The position numbers and the translations under genes were made by a program. A stretch of DNA of 64,000 bases, taken from Candidatus Obscuribacteraceae bacterium (GTDB lineage Bacteria > Cyanobacteriota > Vampirovibrionia > Obscuribacterales > Obscuribacteraceae). This document shows positions 10,061 through 19,274 of the stretch, piece after piece (position 1 is the first letter of the stretch; each line of letters starts with the position of its first letter). Below the pieces are notes generated by a model that saw nothing but the letters and a program-made list of their open reading frames with translations, had not been told where the DNA came from and ran no database searches. The stretch covers positions 544,001 to 608,000 of the forward strand of contig JBGAHS010000006.1 of assembly GCA_044226015.1 (NCBI GenBank), written 5' to 3'.

Positions 10061-11077
10061 CTATGAAAGCGCAGGCTCAAGGTACTTCAATATACCTGCG
10101 CCGCAATCTAACTCGGCTTGAATGCCGATGGGCATCACATTATCAGCAGATGCCTGCCCGAATTTGAATCCAAAGCAAGCCGGCGTACCAACACCTTTCA
10201 ATCTATCTCCGAAAGTGTCCTCGACCGATAGCATGTTATCGGCTCCTCTGCCGCTACAAGCAGGAAAGCCACCAAAGGCGATGCCTGATACATCTGACAG
10301 AACACCAGCCAGATACAATGAAGTGAACCAACGATCAAGCAAACTATTTCGCTCAGTAAAATCATCAAGCAAGAGAACTTTGCTCTCGAAATCAGGTTGA
10401 TACTTTGTTCCAAACAAAGAGCAAAGCGAAGTCAAATTTCCCCCACAGACCTTTCCTTCGACTCGGCGCTCGCTCAACGAATAGGCAACCCCATTGTAGG
10501 CTGGCTCGCCCGGCACACGGCAATAAACAAGTTTCTCGGACTCTTCACCCATCAAAGTGTGGCGAATCGAAGTGAACGTATGATTGTCATCAATTTCATC
10601 AAGGTTCGAAGCATGAAATACAACGAGCCCTGTCAGTTTATTGACAGCAAGCAAAATAGAGTCGTTATCACCAGAGCCGATGAAGATCTTCGGGTTGTCT
10701 CTAACTTGTTTGAAGTCTAACAGTGGAAGCAGGCGCAAGGCGCCATAACCACCAGTAATACAAAACAGTGCTTCTATGGACTCATCTAGCAGAAAGCTCT
10801 GGATGTCATCCAGGCGTTCTTCATCTGTGCCTGCGCAGAAGCCGTCGTATTTTAGAACGTGCTTACCAGCGACTGGGGTGAAACCCATTTCCTCGACAAT
10901 CGCCATGCATTTGTTGAGGTCCGATGGGTACGAAGGTCTGCTGCCTGGAGCGATCAAGCCAACGCGTGAACCTTTTTTCAGTGCTTTCGGTTTCAAAAGC
11001 TCTGACGAAATTGCTTCTGTCGAATCGTCATCAGATTCATCAGAGTTCAATTCTAGCTTTTCAATTTCGTTCTGCAC
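10061..11077 (-). CDS. LD-carboxypeptidase (S66) homolog, catalytic triad substituted
   Basis: S66 fold motifs present but GSGD / LDDF / FGQ at the triad positions. Confidence 0.85.
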   Translation of the reverse strand: MQNEIEKLELNSDESDDDSTEAISSELLKPKALKKGSRVGLIAPGSRPSYPSDLNKCMAIVEEMGFTPVAGKHVLKYDGFCAGTDEERLDDIQSFLLDESIEALFCITGGYGALRLLPLLDFKQVRDNPKIFIGSGDNDSILLAVNKLTGLVVFHASNLDEIDDNHTFTSIRHTLMGEESEKLVYCRVPGEPAYNGVAYSLSERRVEGKVCGGNLTSLCSLFGTKYQPDFESKVLLLDDFTERNSLLDRWFTSLYLAGVLSDVSGIAFGGFPACSGRGADNMLSVEDTFGDRLKGVGTPACFGFKFGQASADNVMPIGIQAELDCGAGILKYLEPALS

Positions 11078-11097
11078 GTTTTGCCTTCGCTTCCAAA

Positions 11098-12069
11098 CTA
11101 AACCGTAGCCGACTCTTCAATCTTAAACTTCACTTTGCCACGAACCGCTTCAACAGTCGCAGTTACACCTATTGGCAGAGTGCATTGGTCAGACCCGTGT
11201 CCCAAACGCAAGCCATAGATAACAGGAATACCTAAATTTCCCAGACGCTCGCGAAGTACTTTCTCAACGCTTTTGTTCAAGGACAGACGAAGCCTTCCGC
11301 TTGCGCCAGGCTCGCATTGATAGCACTCGCCAACAACTATTGCTTTAGCCTTCTGTAGAGAGCCAGCCATCAACAACTGTGTTAAATAGCGGTCGATGCT
11401 ATGAGGCTCTTCATTAACATCTTCAAGGAAGAGAATCTTGCCTTCGGTGTCTATCTCAAATGGGGTTCCCAACAGTTGCTTAATCAGAGTGATGCAGCCA
11501 CCCACAAGTGGTGCCCTAGCTTTTCCCTCCGCTATCACCAGTCGTGGTGGCGGATATTTTGGCTTCCAGAGTTGCTCAGGAATTGGGTCGACGATCATAC
11601 CCAATGGTTTATTGGACATGAGCGCTTTCTGAAAGTAGAAGTGGCTATAGCTCGAGCGATAGAAGGAACCACCGAGAGGTCCATGGAAAGTGACAAGCCC
11701 ACAGCGCTGGTATATAGGATTGACGAGTCCGGTTAAGTCGCTATAACCGATGATGATTTTCGGGTTCTCTTTTATAAGATCAAAATCCAACTTTGGCAGA
11801 AACCTGCAGACGCCATTGCCACCACGCACTGGTATCACGGCAGAGACCTCGGGGTCTTCGAAAGCGTTGTGAAGGTCATCCAGCCGCTCGTCATCAGTTC
11901 CAGCCAGGTCAGAATAACTATTGAAGGTGTTTGCCCCTACCTTGACCTTGAGTCCAAGTTTATTCAGCCATTCGATTGAATATTCAATATCGCCTGGGTT
12001 CAGAGGCGGACTTGCCGGCGCTATAAGCGCAACGGTATCCCCTTTTCGCAAATGTTTTGCTTTGATCAT
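11098..12069 (-). CDS. LD-carboxypeptidase (peptidase S66)
   Basis: RGG, GYSD, LEDVNE, GHG intact. Confidence 0.92.
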   Translation of the reverse strand: MIKAKHLRKGDTVALIAPASPPLNPGDIEYSIEWLNKLGLKVKVGANTFNSYSDLAGTDDERLDDLHNAFEDPEVSAVIPVRGGNGVCRFLPKLDFDLIKENPKIIIGYSDLTGLVNPIYQRCGLVTFHGPLGGSFYRSSYSHFYFQKALMSNKPLGMIVDPIPEQLWKPKYPPPRLVIAEGKARAPLVGGCITLIKQLLGTPFEIDTEGKILFLEDVNEEPHSIDRYLTQLLMAGSLQKAKAIVVGECYQCEPGASGRLRLSLNKSVEKVLRERLGNLGIPVIYGLRLGHGSDQCTLPIGVTATVEAVRGKVKFKIEESATV

Positions 12070-12208
12070 GCCCTAATTATCAAATATTGGCTTCGGTTTT
12101 TGATCATTTCCAGCGAAATCTGCCCGAGCTTTAGCGAGCAACAAAAGCCTTATAATAATGAATCGATAAGTCGCAACCCGTCGGTTGCTAAGTGAGCGAA
12201 GTATAACT

Positions 12209-13384
12209 ATGGTCAGCGCAATTCCAAAAGAAGACGTAAAAGATAGACGTCTGGCATTCCTTTCTGAGTCCCAGAAAATCTGGCTGAAAAAAGCAGAAGA
12301 GTTTGCCGACAAAATTTCGCTAGAGGACGCAATCAAATCTGATACTACTAATGTATTCAGACGCGACCTCTTTGAAGCCGCCTGCAAAGAGGGGATGGGC
12401 GCACTGCCATTTCCAACTACTTATGGTGGGTCTGGCGGCGACTATTTGAGTTTCGTTGTAGTCAATGAAGAATTCGCTCGACGTTGCGTTCCTATAATGA
12501 GTTCACTTGGTGTACATGTGCTCTGCCAGGAACCAGTCAATCGCTTTGGTTCAGATGAGCAAAAGGCTAAGTACTTGCCGCCATCGGCAACTGGAAAATA
12601 TTTAGCTGCCTTCGGTTTGACCGAGCCAAATGCCGGTTCAGATACCGCAGCACTCGCAGCAACCGCTCGCATTTCAGGTGATGAGTACATTCTTAACGGC
12701 AGTAAAGTTTTCATCACCAGTGGTGCATCTTCGGACTATTTCATCGTGATGGCAAGATTGCTAGACTCACCAGAAGGCTTGCAAAATGAGAAATCGATCA
12801 CAGCGTTCATCGTAGAGAAAGATTTCCCGGGGTTTAAGATTGGACAGAAGTTCGACATGCTGGGAATGCGCGGATATTCAACTTGCGAGTTGGTATTTGA
12901 TGATTGCCGAGTTCCAAAATGGAATCTTCTCGGCAAGCACGGCGAGGGCAGAAAGGTTGCACTCTCAAGCCTGGCTAAAGGACGAGTAACCATTGCCGCA
13001 CAATGTACTGGCTGGGCACAAGGTGCTTTGGAAGCAGTAGTTCGCATGGTCAAAGCAGAATCATCAAGCAAGCACCGCGAGAGAATTCTTGGTCAAATTG
13101 GTGAGATGGCTGTAATGGTTGAATCAGCAAGAGTGCTCACTTATCAGGCAGCAGCAGCAATAGACCGCGGACAGAATGACATAGTTCTGGCTTCTATGGC
13201 GAAGATGCATGCTTCGGACGCTGCAATGAAGATCTCAACTGATGCAATGACATTGATGGGAATGCAATCTTCTGAACCCGATCATTTGCTTGAGCGCATA
13301 TTTAGAGATGCAAAAGCCGGACAAATATATGAAGGCGCTAATCAAATTCAACGAATGCTGATCGCTCGCGAAATACTCAAGTAG
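12209..13384 (+). CDS. Acyl-CoA dehydrogenase
   Basis: GLTEPNAGSD, LNGSKVFIT, QIYEGANQIQR. Confidence 0.92.
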   Translation: MVSAIPKEDVKDRRLAFLSESQKIWLKKAEEFADKISLEDAIKSDTTNVFRRDLFEAACKEGMGALPFPTTYGGSGGDYLSFVVVNEEFARRCVPIMSSLGVHVLCQEPVNRFGSDEQKAKYLPPSATGKYLAAFGLTEPNAGSDTAALAATARISGDEYILNGSKVFITSGASSDYFIVMARLLDSPEGLQNEKSITAFIVEKDFPGFKIGQKFDMLGMRGYSTCELVFDDCRVPKWNLLGKHGEGRKVALSSLAKGRVTIAAQCTGWAQGALEAVVRMVKAESSSKHRERILGQIGEMAVMVESARVLTYQAAAAIDRGQNDIVLASMAKMHASDAAMKISTDAMTLMGMQSSEPDHLLERIFRDAKAGQIYEGANQIQRMLIAREILK

Positions 13385-13390
13385 GAATAA

Positions 13391-13789
13391 GTGGCTGAAT
13401 TCTTCCATAGTATTTTCTGGATATGCCTGGCGAAGGTAATTCTTGTGCTGTGGATGTTTGCATCTGGCGTTGCTTGCCTCATGGTTTTCAAAAATTCCAA
13501 GACATGGGAAAGACAGCTCGCCGTCGTGGAAACTGAATGTGACAGCGCACGCGACAACGCTATGCTGCAAGCTAGAGTAGCTCGGCAACAACTGCAAGAC
13601 TTTCGCGTCCGCTTGAGTAAGCGCCCAGACAAAGCTGAGATGGAAGTAATCGGAGACCTGGTAAAACAGGCAATGCCAGTAATGACGCTTCTTTTCAAGA
13701 AAGAAACGAGCCTCGTCAAATGGGGTTTAGCAGGAGCAAAGCTTGCAAAATCAGCTTTCGAATTCTTTTCGACGAGGCAGAGGAAATAA
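13391..13789 (+). CDS. Hypothetical membrane protein
   Basis: N-terminal TM segment plus coiled coil; operonic spacing. Confidence 0.65.
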   Translation: MAEFFHSIFWICLAKVILVLWMFASGVACLMVFKNSKTWERQLAVVETECDSARDNAMLQARVARQQLQDFRVRLSKRPDKAEMEVIGDLVKQAMPVMTLLFKKETSLVKWGLAGAKLAKSAFEFFSTRQRK

Positions 13790-13834
13790 GTAGGGCTATA
13801 ATAAACTCTGCTTCAGCGTCCTATTGATGAACCT

Positions 13835-14794
13835 ATGCCTGCCAGTTTGGCTTTCAATTTTGAAACCTATCACAAAGAACGACGTGATCTGATTGAGGAA
13901 AAACTCAGTCAGTACCTGTCTGAGACAGAGCCAGCCGAGCTCTGGGACTCAATGCGGTATTCGGTTTTGTCTGGCGGAAAAAGAATTCGCGCAGTGCTCT
14001 GCCTGGCAAGTGCAGAAGCTAGCAGCCATTTTTTGAGGGACGCTTCTACAGAAACCGCGGCTGAGCTTGCTCTCCCATGTGCCTGCGCAATAGAAATGAT
14101 TCATGCTATGAGCCTCATACATGACGATTTGCCTTGTATGGATGATGATGATTTCAGACGCGGTCGACCCAGCAACCATAAAGTTTATGGAGAAGCCATG
14201 GCTCTTCTGGCAGGGGATGCGCTTCTTGTATATGCAAGCGAAATACTTCTGCAAAAGAGTTCAGACAGCATCGATAAGAAGCGATTAATTGATGTCAGCT
14301 CGCAGCTATTGATTGCAACCGGCGCAAAGGGCATGGTTGGCGGGCAAGTCTGTGATATGGCTGTCACCGGCTTAGGCAAAATAGATGCCAGAAGACCGGA
14401 AGAGCTTGAAACGATTTTGAGCAACATTCATAGAAAGAAAACCGGAGCGCTGATTCGTTTTTCAATTTATGCCGGCGCAGCTTTGATGAACGCACCTGAA
14501 GCAGTTCTAAACAAGCTTACCGAATTTGGAGAGTTGTTAGGATTTTCATTTCAAATAGCTGATGACTTACTTGATGTCACCGGAGATATAAAAACCCTTG
14601 GCAAAACACCAGGCAAGGACGAGAAGGCTGGAAAAATTACCTGGGTAACAGTTTACGGACTTGAAAGAGCTCAGAAAAAACTGAGCGAGTTGGAAGAACG
14701 AGGCAAATCTATTCTTGCCGAGTTAGAAATTCCTGCAGAAAAACTGCAAGCACTTGCGGCTCTGCTCGAATATGCGATTCATCGCAGCAATTGA
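13835..14794 (+). CDS. crtE: Polyprenyl (GGPP/FPP) synthase, CrtE/IspA family
   Basis: GGKRIR, HDDLPCMDDDDFRRG, KTG, FQIADDLLD. Confidence 0.88.
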   Translation: MPASLAFNFETYHKERRDLIEEKLSQYLSETEPAELWDSMRYSVLSGGKRIRAVLCLASAEASSHFLRDASTETAAELALPCACAIEMIHAMSLIHDDLPCMDDDDFRRGRPSNHKVYGEAMALLAGDALLVYASEILLQKSSDSIDKKRLIDVSSQLLIATGAKGMVGGQVCDMAVTGLGKIDARRPEELETILSNIHRKKTGALIRFSIYAGAALMNAPEAVLNKLTEFGELLGFSFQIADDLLDVTGDIKTLGKTPGKDEKAGKITWVTVYGLERAQKKLSELEERGKSILAELEIPAEKLQALAALLEYAIHRSN

Positions 14795-14810
14795 TTTGAG
14801 AAGGATTTAA

Positions 14811-15347
14811 ATGGAAACCAGTTTTGATATTTCTTGGCTACTTAATTCAGTTGCGTTGCAAGCGCAAATGAATGCGACAAGTTCAACACATTCCGATTCG
14901 AGAGGTTGGCAAGTAGTCGCTTGCACCTTCCTGGGCAGCATTCTTGCCCAGTTGGTAAAGGTTATCGGAAAGTTGATTACTCAGCGAAAACTAGACTTTC
15001 GTATGCTTGCTCAAACTGGTGGCATGCCGTCGAGCCACAGCTCATGCACCATGGCAATGGCAACGTCGGTAGGTTTGATTGACGGATTCAACTCAACAAC
15101 CTTTGCAATAGCACTTTGTTTGGCCTCGATAGTTATGTACGATGCCGCGGGTGTCCGCAGGACGGTCGGTTTGCAGGCTAAAGTCATGAACAAAATGATC
15201 GAAGAATTGTTTTCTGAACATCCTCACATCTCTTCAAATCGCATTAAAGAATTCCTAGGCCACACTCCTAAAGAGGTCATCGTCGGAGCAGTTTTTGGCA
15301 TAGTGATCGCGTATACCTTTAACTACTGGGCAACTCCGCGAGTTTAA
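14811..15347 (+). CDS. Divergent PAP2 family protein (DUF212)
   Basis: GGMPSSHS, VMYDAAGVR, LGHTP. Confidence 0.9.
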   Translation: METSFDISWLLNSVALQAQMNATSSTHSDSRGWQVVACTFLGSILAQLVKVIGKLITQRKLDFRMLAQTGGMPSSHSSCTMAMATSVGLIDGFNSTTFAIALCLASIVMYDAAGVRRTVGLQAKVMNKMIEELFSEHPHISSNRIKEFLGHTPKEVIVGAVFGIVIAYTFNYWATPRV

Positions 15348-15451
15348 CGCGCTCAAATACTTTGCTACTCTCGCTTGGAAACCTTACTAAATAATACGAA
15401 TGTAATACATGACTACTGCTAATTTCTCTTGAACTGCTTTATAATCAAGAG

Positions 15452-15795
15452 CTTGAAAAGGGTTGTCAGAGGCAGCTCCTCATATAAACCACTTTAGTGG
15501 GGCAAGTACGGGGAGAGCGATAAAGAAGGTACAGATTCTTGTATCGTCGCCGCGGCGTGGACAAAAAAATCTACACCAGAGCGGGCCCCAACCGGCACAT
15601 GAAACAACTTCCACTTGGCAGTTGGCATGGAGACAGGGTAATCTGACATACGCAAAAAGGGCAGAGCTCTGTCTCAGCAAAACTAAATATCTGTCACCGT
15701 TTAATAAGTTCGTAATTCGTAGGTTCACGGTCTCGGAAGAAAAGGAGGAAAGGCAGTTAAGAGAGCAAATATGCAATCGAAATCCACTGCCGCAA
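15452..15795 (+). ncRNA. Candidate structured 5' leader / ncRNA
   Basis: TATAAT at 15440-45 followed by at least six hairpins or nested stems; no family recognised. Confidence 0.4.
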
Positions 15796-15800
15796 ACTAG

Positions 15801-16385
15801 ATGAACACAACGGTCACTACTACTACCGCACAAACAACCACCACAGCAGCGAAGGCAACTTCGCCACGTCGCTCAAGATTCCCTGGAAAAGAATCAGGAT
15901 CGGTTTCCTTCAACCTAACGGCTCTCGGCCGTCAGCTCTTGAAAGAACAAGCAGCAGCTTCAACCGTATCCAACGGCGACTATGTGGAAATGCTTATCCG
16001 CGAACGCGCAGGCCAACCACCTCTGAGACTTCCGTCTACCTCTAAGCAGACAGGTCCTAAGGGCGGAGCTAAATCTTTCTTCTTCGGAAAGAACAGAGGA
16101 ACAACAACCGCTGTTTGCGTAACCCCACTTGCACACCGCTTGTTGGATGAACAAGTTGCAGCATCCCGCATGAGCCGCGGTGATTATATAGAGTACCTCC
16201 TTCGCGAGAAGGCTGGCTTGCTCGATGAATCACTCAAGCTAGCAGCTGCTGGACAAGAACCAGTAATTCAGAACTTCCAACCAGACTCCGAGCCAGTTGT
16301 TGCTCAAGTTGAACAAGTAATTGCTCAACCAGCTCCCGCTCCCGCTCCAGTTAGCATCAACACTGACTGGTCATTCAACAGCTAA
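15801..16385 (+). CDS. Tandem ribbon-helix-helix-like DNA-binding protein
   Basis: Two ~45-aa internal repeats (FxGK..G-strand-TxL..LLxEQxAAS..SxGDYxExLxRExAG) with low-complexity termini. Confidence 0.7.
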   Translation: MNTTVTTTTAQTTTTAAKATSPRRSRFPGKESGSVSFNLTALGRQLLKEQAAASTVSNGDYVEMLIRERAGQPPLRLPSTSKQTGPKGGAKSFFFGKNRGTTTAVCVTPLAHRLLDEQVAASRMSRGDYIEYLLREKAGLLDESLKLAAAGQEPVIQNFQPDSEPVVAQVEQVIAQPAPAPAPVSINTDWSFNS

Positions 16386-16437
16386 TTTCTGGCTGGTCTG
16401 AACCGGAAAAAAGAATTCCTCCTAAGGAAGAAATTCC

Positions 16438-16472
16438 AAGATGCATCGGATTATCCGGTGCATCTTTTTTTT
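16438..16472 (+). terminator. Intrinsic terminator
   Basis: AAGATGCATCGGA-TTA-TCCGGTGCATCTT followed by a T-run. Confidence 0.85.
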
Positions 16473-16481
16473 GGTTTTACT

Positions 16482-16706
16482 AGGAACCGGTGCGGACAGG
16501 ATCCGGCATAACCAGATTCGATGCCACAGGGATTCGAGCTAGCAGGATCCGATACCGCCAGGATCCGATACCGCCAGGATCCGGTGTCCACAGGATCGAA
16601 GCCGGCAGGATCCGTCGTCACCAGATTCGATGCCGCCAGGATCCGGCGTCAACAGATTCGATGCTACAAAGATTCGATGCCGCCAGGATCCGGTGCGGCA
16701 GGATTA
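16482..16706. repeat. Degenerate 15-16-bp tandem repeat, ~15 units
   Basis: Units AGGATCCG(G/A)TRCCGCC and CAGATTCGATGCC; seven GGATCC sites. Confidence 0.9.
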
Positions 16707-16712
16707 GGTACC

Positions 16713-19247
16713 CTAGATGTTTCGAGAGTTAGAACTCGCAATGCCACCATGACCTTGAGTGGTGGCTTTATGACTTGCATAAGTGAGAATTGATTCAATC
16801 TGGCCCAGATAACTAATGATGTACTGAGCACGAAATCCTCTTTGCGCAAAAGCATCAATTCGCAGCCAATCTTTTATAAGAGAATGCAAATGAATGACCT
16901 GTTTTTTCACGCCATCTATGTCGGCTGGAGCAGCTTGCGCCGTCAAGCTATGAGCTTGCTTTTGCATGCGATCAATTTCCTGAATCACCTCATTAGTACT
17001 GGCAGTGTCAGAAATCACTCGCTTCGTTGGATCTTGCATATAGCGATTGACCGTTGAGACGAAGTCGTCAACCAACAATGTGGTGGCACGAATAGGATCT
17101 GCCTGCGGTGTCATCACAGCCTGTCTTCGATATGGTCCTATCTTCAGCAATTCGAGTTTTTTATCATCAAGTTGAGCTGCTGCAAAAAAGGTAGTTCCAA
17201 GAGAACCAATTGCGCGCGAACTATCCAGCTGCTCGATAAAACCAGCAGTATCAAGCTGACGAATTGAAATTCCCGGGAATACCAGAGCCTTGTCCTCTGA
17301 GTACTCTCTGCAGTTATTAGCTATCGTATAAAACTCTTTATTGTCCTCTTTGTAGGTCATCGGATTCACAGTATCAAGCCAACCACTCGCCACCCAGGTT
17401 TCCCAGTCTTGCTGAATGTTTCCGCAGCGAAGTCTTCTCGGATATCCATAAACCGCAGCTGAGATTCGCAAACCGGGGCGCAACTTACGCAACATGTTAG
17501 TGGTTTCTTGCACAAAACTATTCACCTGTGCGACTCGCCAGGCTTGCCAAACAGAACGAGTTTCAAGATCAAGACTATCGAGAGAAAGACCGGTCTCACG
17601 TTCAAAGCGCAAACGACCAGCCCAATCCCATCCCATTTCATTTGGGTTCATGTTGAAGGGATAGCGAATGTAGTCGTACTGCAATCCATCAACTTCGGGA
17701 TATTTGGTGCAAATTTCGGCAGCAAGATCTTTTATGAATTGCCTGGTATCACTTTGTGCCGGGTCAAGCCAGTATTCATGCTGATTTTGCCCTAGCAGTG
17801 AACCTGTCTTGCCAGCAAGCGCCCAACTGAATTTGTGACTGGAAAGAATAGGACCAGGGTAATCTGTTTCCTTACCTATAATAGGATTGTGGCGCTCGTT
17901 TCCTACATTGAACACCCATATCCACGAATGGAATTCCATTCCCAATCGGTGTGCTTCTTTTAAGGCATGAGCAAAAACATCCGCTCCATTCATCAACTGC
18001 GGATTTTGCGGGTAGTATTTTGAAGGGAACATGCAGAAGCCAGCATTGTTGGTTTCAAAATAAATTGCATTGATACCAGATGCTTTCATTTTTTCCAGCA
18101 GATTGGTCATCGCTTCGGGGCTCTGGTTTGCAATAATGGTGCCTCTGTCTAGCCAGACCGAACGTTGCTCAACAGGTCGTACAGGCATTGATTTAGCGAA
18201 AGCTAAGGCGAGCTCATGTCGCGCCTTCTGCACTTCCTGGTCGGCTTCCAGAAATCGTCTTTCTTTGTAAGCCTTTTCGAAATTCACTTCGTGGGCAAGT
18301 GCTGAATCGTAATTCTGTTGAATAGCAGAAAAGGGAACAGAGATGTCAGCTTGCTTAGCTGTCTTTATTATCTCGTCGGTTCGTTTTTCGAGATATTGCA
18401 GCTCTTGTTTGATAGTCTGGTAATCAGCATAACTAATCTGTACGGCAGCCTCTTGAGTTATTCCTGGAGACGACTCCTCAAGCACGGTAGAGATGATCTG
18501 CGCATTTCCTGATAATTCCCCCTGCATTCCAGGCGCCCAACCAATGTAGAAATTACCTGAATTGGCGAGAATGGCGCTGCCATCATCAGCGGTGCTACCT
18601 GTCCAATGAGCTATTGAATCCTGACTCGATGTTGCTTGCAAGTCAGCACTGAGAGTTCCAACTGAAAAGTCTTGTTCTAAAGGAAATGGCTGACGTGGCC
18701 AGACAAGTTTCGAAGCTACTTGCGATGTTTTGTGACCATTCACGTGCCCGCCGGTGACTTCAATAATTGCTTGCGCATTTTTGGTTGGAGTACCGCAACC
18801 ATCGGTCATGATGAGTTTGCCACCATTCTGCACGTAATTTTTCAGTACCGACACAGCATCAGCAGAGATGTCTACGAGCAAAGGTAGAACTATTACTTTG
18901 TAGCCCTTCAATTTTTGCAAGTTAGAGATACTCAAATCTGCATCATGTAGCAAGTCATATCTGACGTTTGCAGTCTCAAAAGTATGCTGGAAATGTCCCC
19001 AGTCTTCATCGAATTCGCCGATATGTTGATCGGAATACGCACTTTGATTGCGCTCACTTCTTAGCACTGCCAGTGGTGAGTCAGCCAGAGCTGCTTGAGC
19101 GCAAACTATGAAGAGAAAGGCAAATAAAACAATATAAGTCGAAGAATAGAATTTGGATATATCAATCAAATATCCCAAGGATGTCGTCTGAGAAGCAGAA
19201 TCCTTCACATCTTTTCCAAGAACCATACACAAGCTCCAACGCAGCAA
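16713..19247 (-). CDS. Glycoside hydrolase-like 10 (DUF187) protein with N-terminal extension
   Basis: RSVWLDR, AHRLGMEFHSW, WLDPA, DGLQYDYIRYP, QQDWETW, PMTY; start uncertain. Confidence 0.85.
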   Translation of the reverse strand: MLRWSLCMVLGKDVKDSASQTTSLGYLIDISKFYSSTYIVLFAFLFIVCAQAALADSPLAVLRSERNQSAYSDQHIGEFDEDWGHFQHTFETANVRYDLLHDADLSISNLQKLKGYKVIVLPLLVDISADAVSVLKNYVQNGGKLIMTDGCGTPTKNAQAIIEVTGGHVNGHKTSQVASKLVWPRQPFPLEQDFSVGTLSADLQATSSQDSIAHWTGSTADDGSAILANSGNFYIGWAPGMQGELSGNAQIISTVLEESSPGITQEAAVQISYADYQTIKQELQYLEKRTDEIIKTAKQADISVPFSAIQQNYDSALAHEVNFEKAYKERRFLEADQEVQKARHELALAFAKSMPVRPVEQRSVWLDRGTIIANQSPEAMTNLLEKMKASGINAIYFETNNAGFCMFPSKYYPQNPQLMNGADVFAHALKEAHRLGMEFHSWIWVFNVGNERHNPIIGKETDYPGPILSSHKFSWALAGKTGSLLGQNQHEYWLDPAQSDTRQFIKDLAAEICTKYPEVDGLQYDYIRYPFNMNPNEMGWDWAGRLRFERETGLSLDSLDLETRSVWQAWRVAQVNSFVQETTNMLRKLRPGLRISAAVYGYPRRLRCGNIQQDWETWVASGWLDTVNPMTYKEDNKEFYTIANNCREYSEDKALVFPGISIRQLDTAGFIEQLDSSRAIGSLGTTFFAAAQLDDKKLELLKIGPYRRQAVMTPQADPIRATTLLVDDFVSTVNRYMQDPTKRVISDTASTNEVIQEIDRMQKQAHSLTAQAAPADIDGVKKQVIHLHSLIKDWLRIDAFAQRGFRAQYIISYLGQIESILTYASHKATTQGHGGIASSNSRNI

Positions 19248-19274
19248 TCGTAGGTTAGCAGACTCTAGACAATA

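Noticed and set aside
15450..15800. tmRNA, RNase P RNA or known riboswitch
   Set aside because: No tRNA-like ends, no GAGGAAAGTCC, and no cobalamin, TPP, SAM or glycine core motifs recognised
16482..16706. CRISPR array or repeat-encoded peptide (ORFs 16490 and 16521)
   Set aside because: Units are 15-16 bp, contiguous and degenerate, with no unique spacers and no cas genes; unit lengths do not preserve frame
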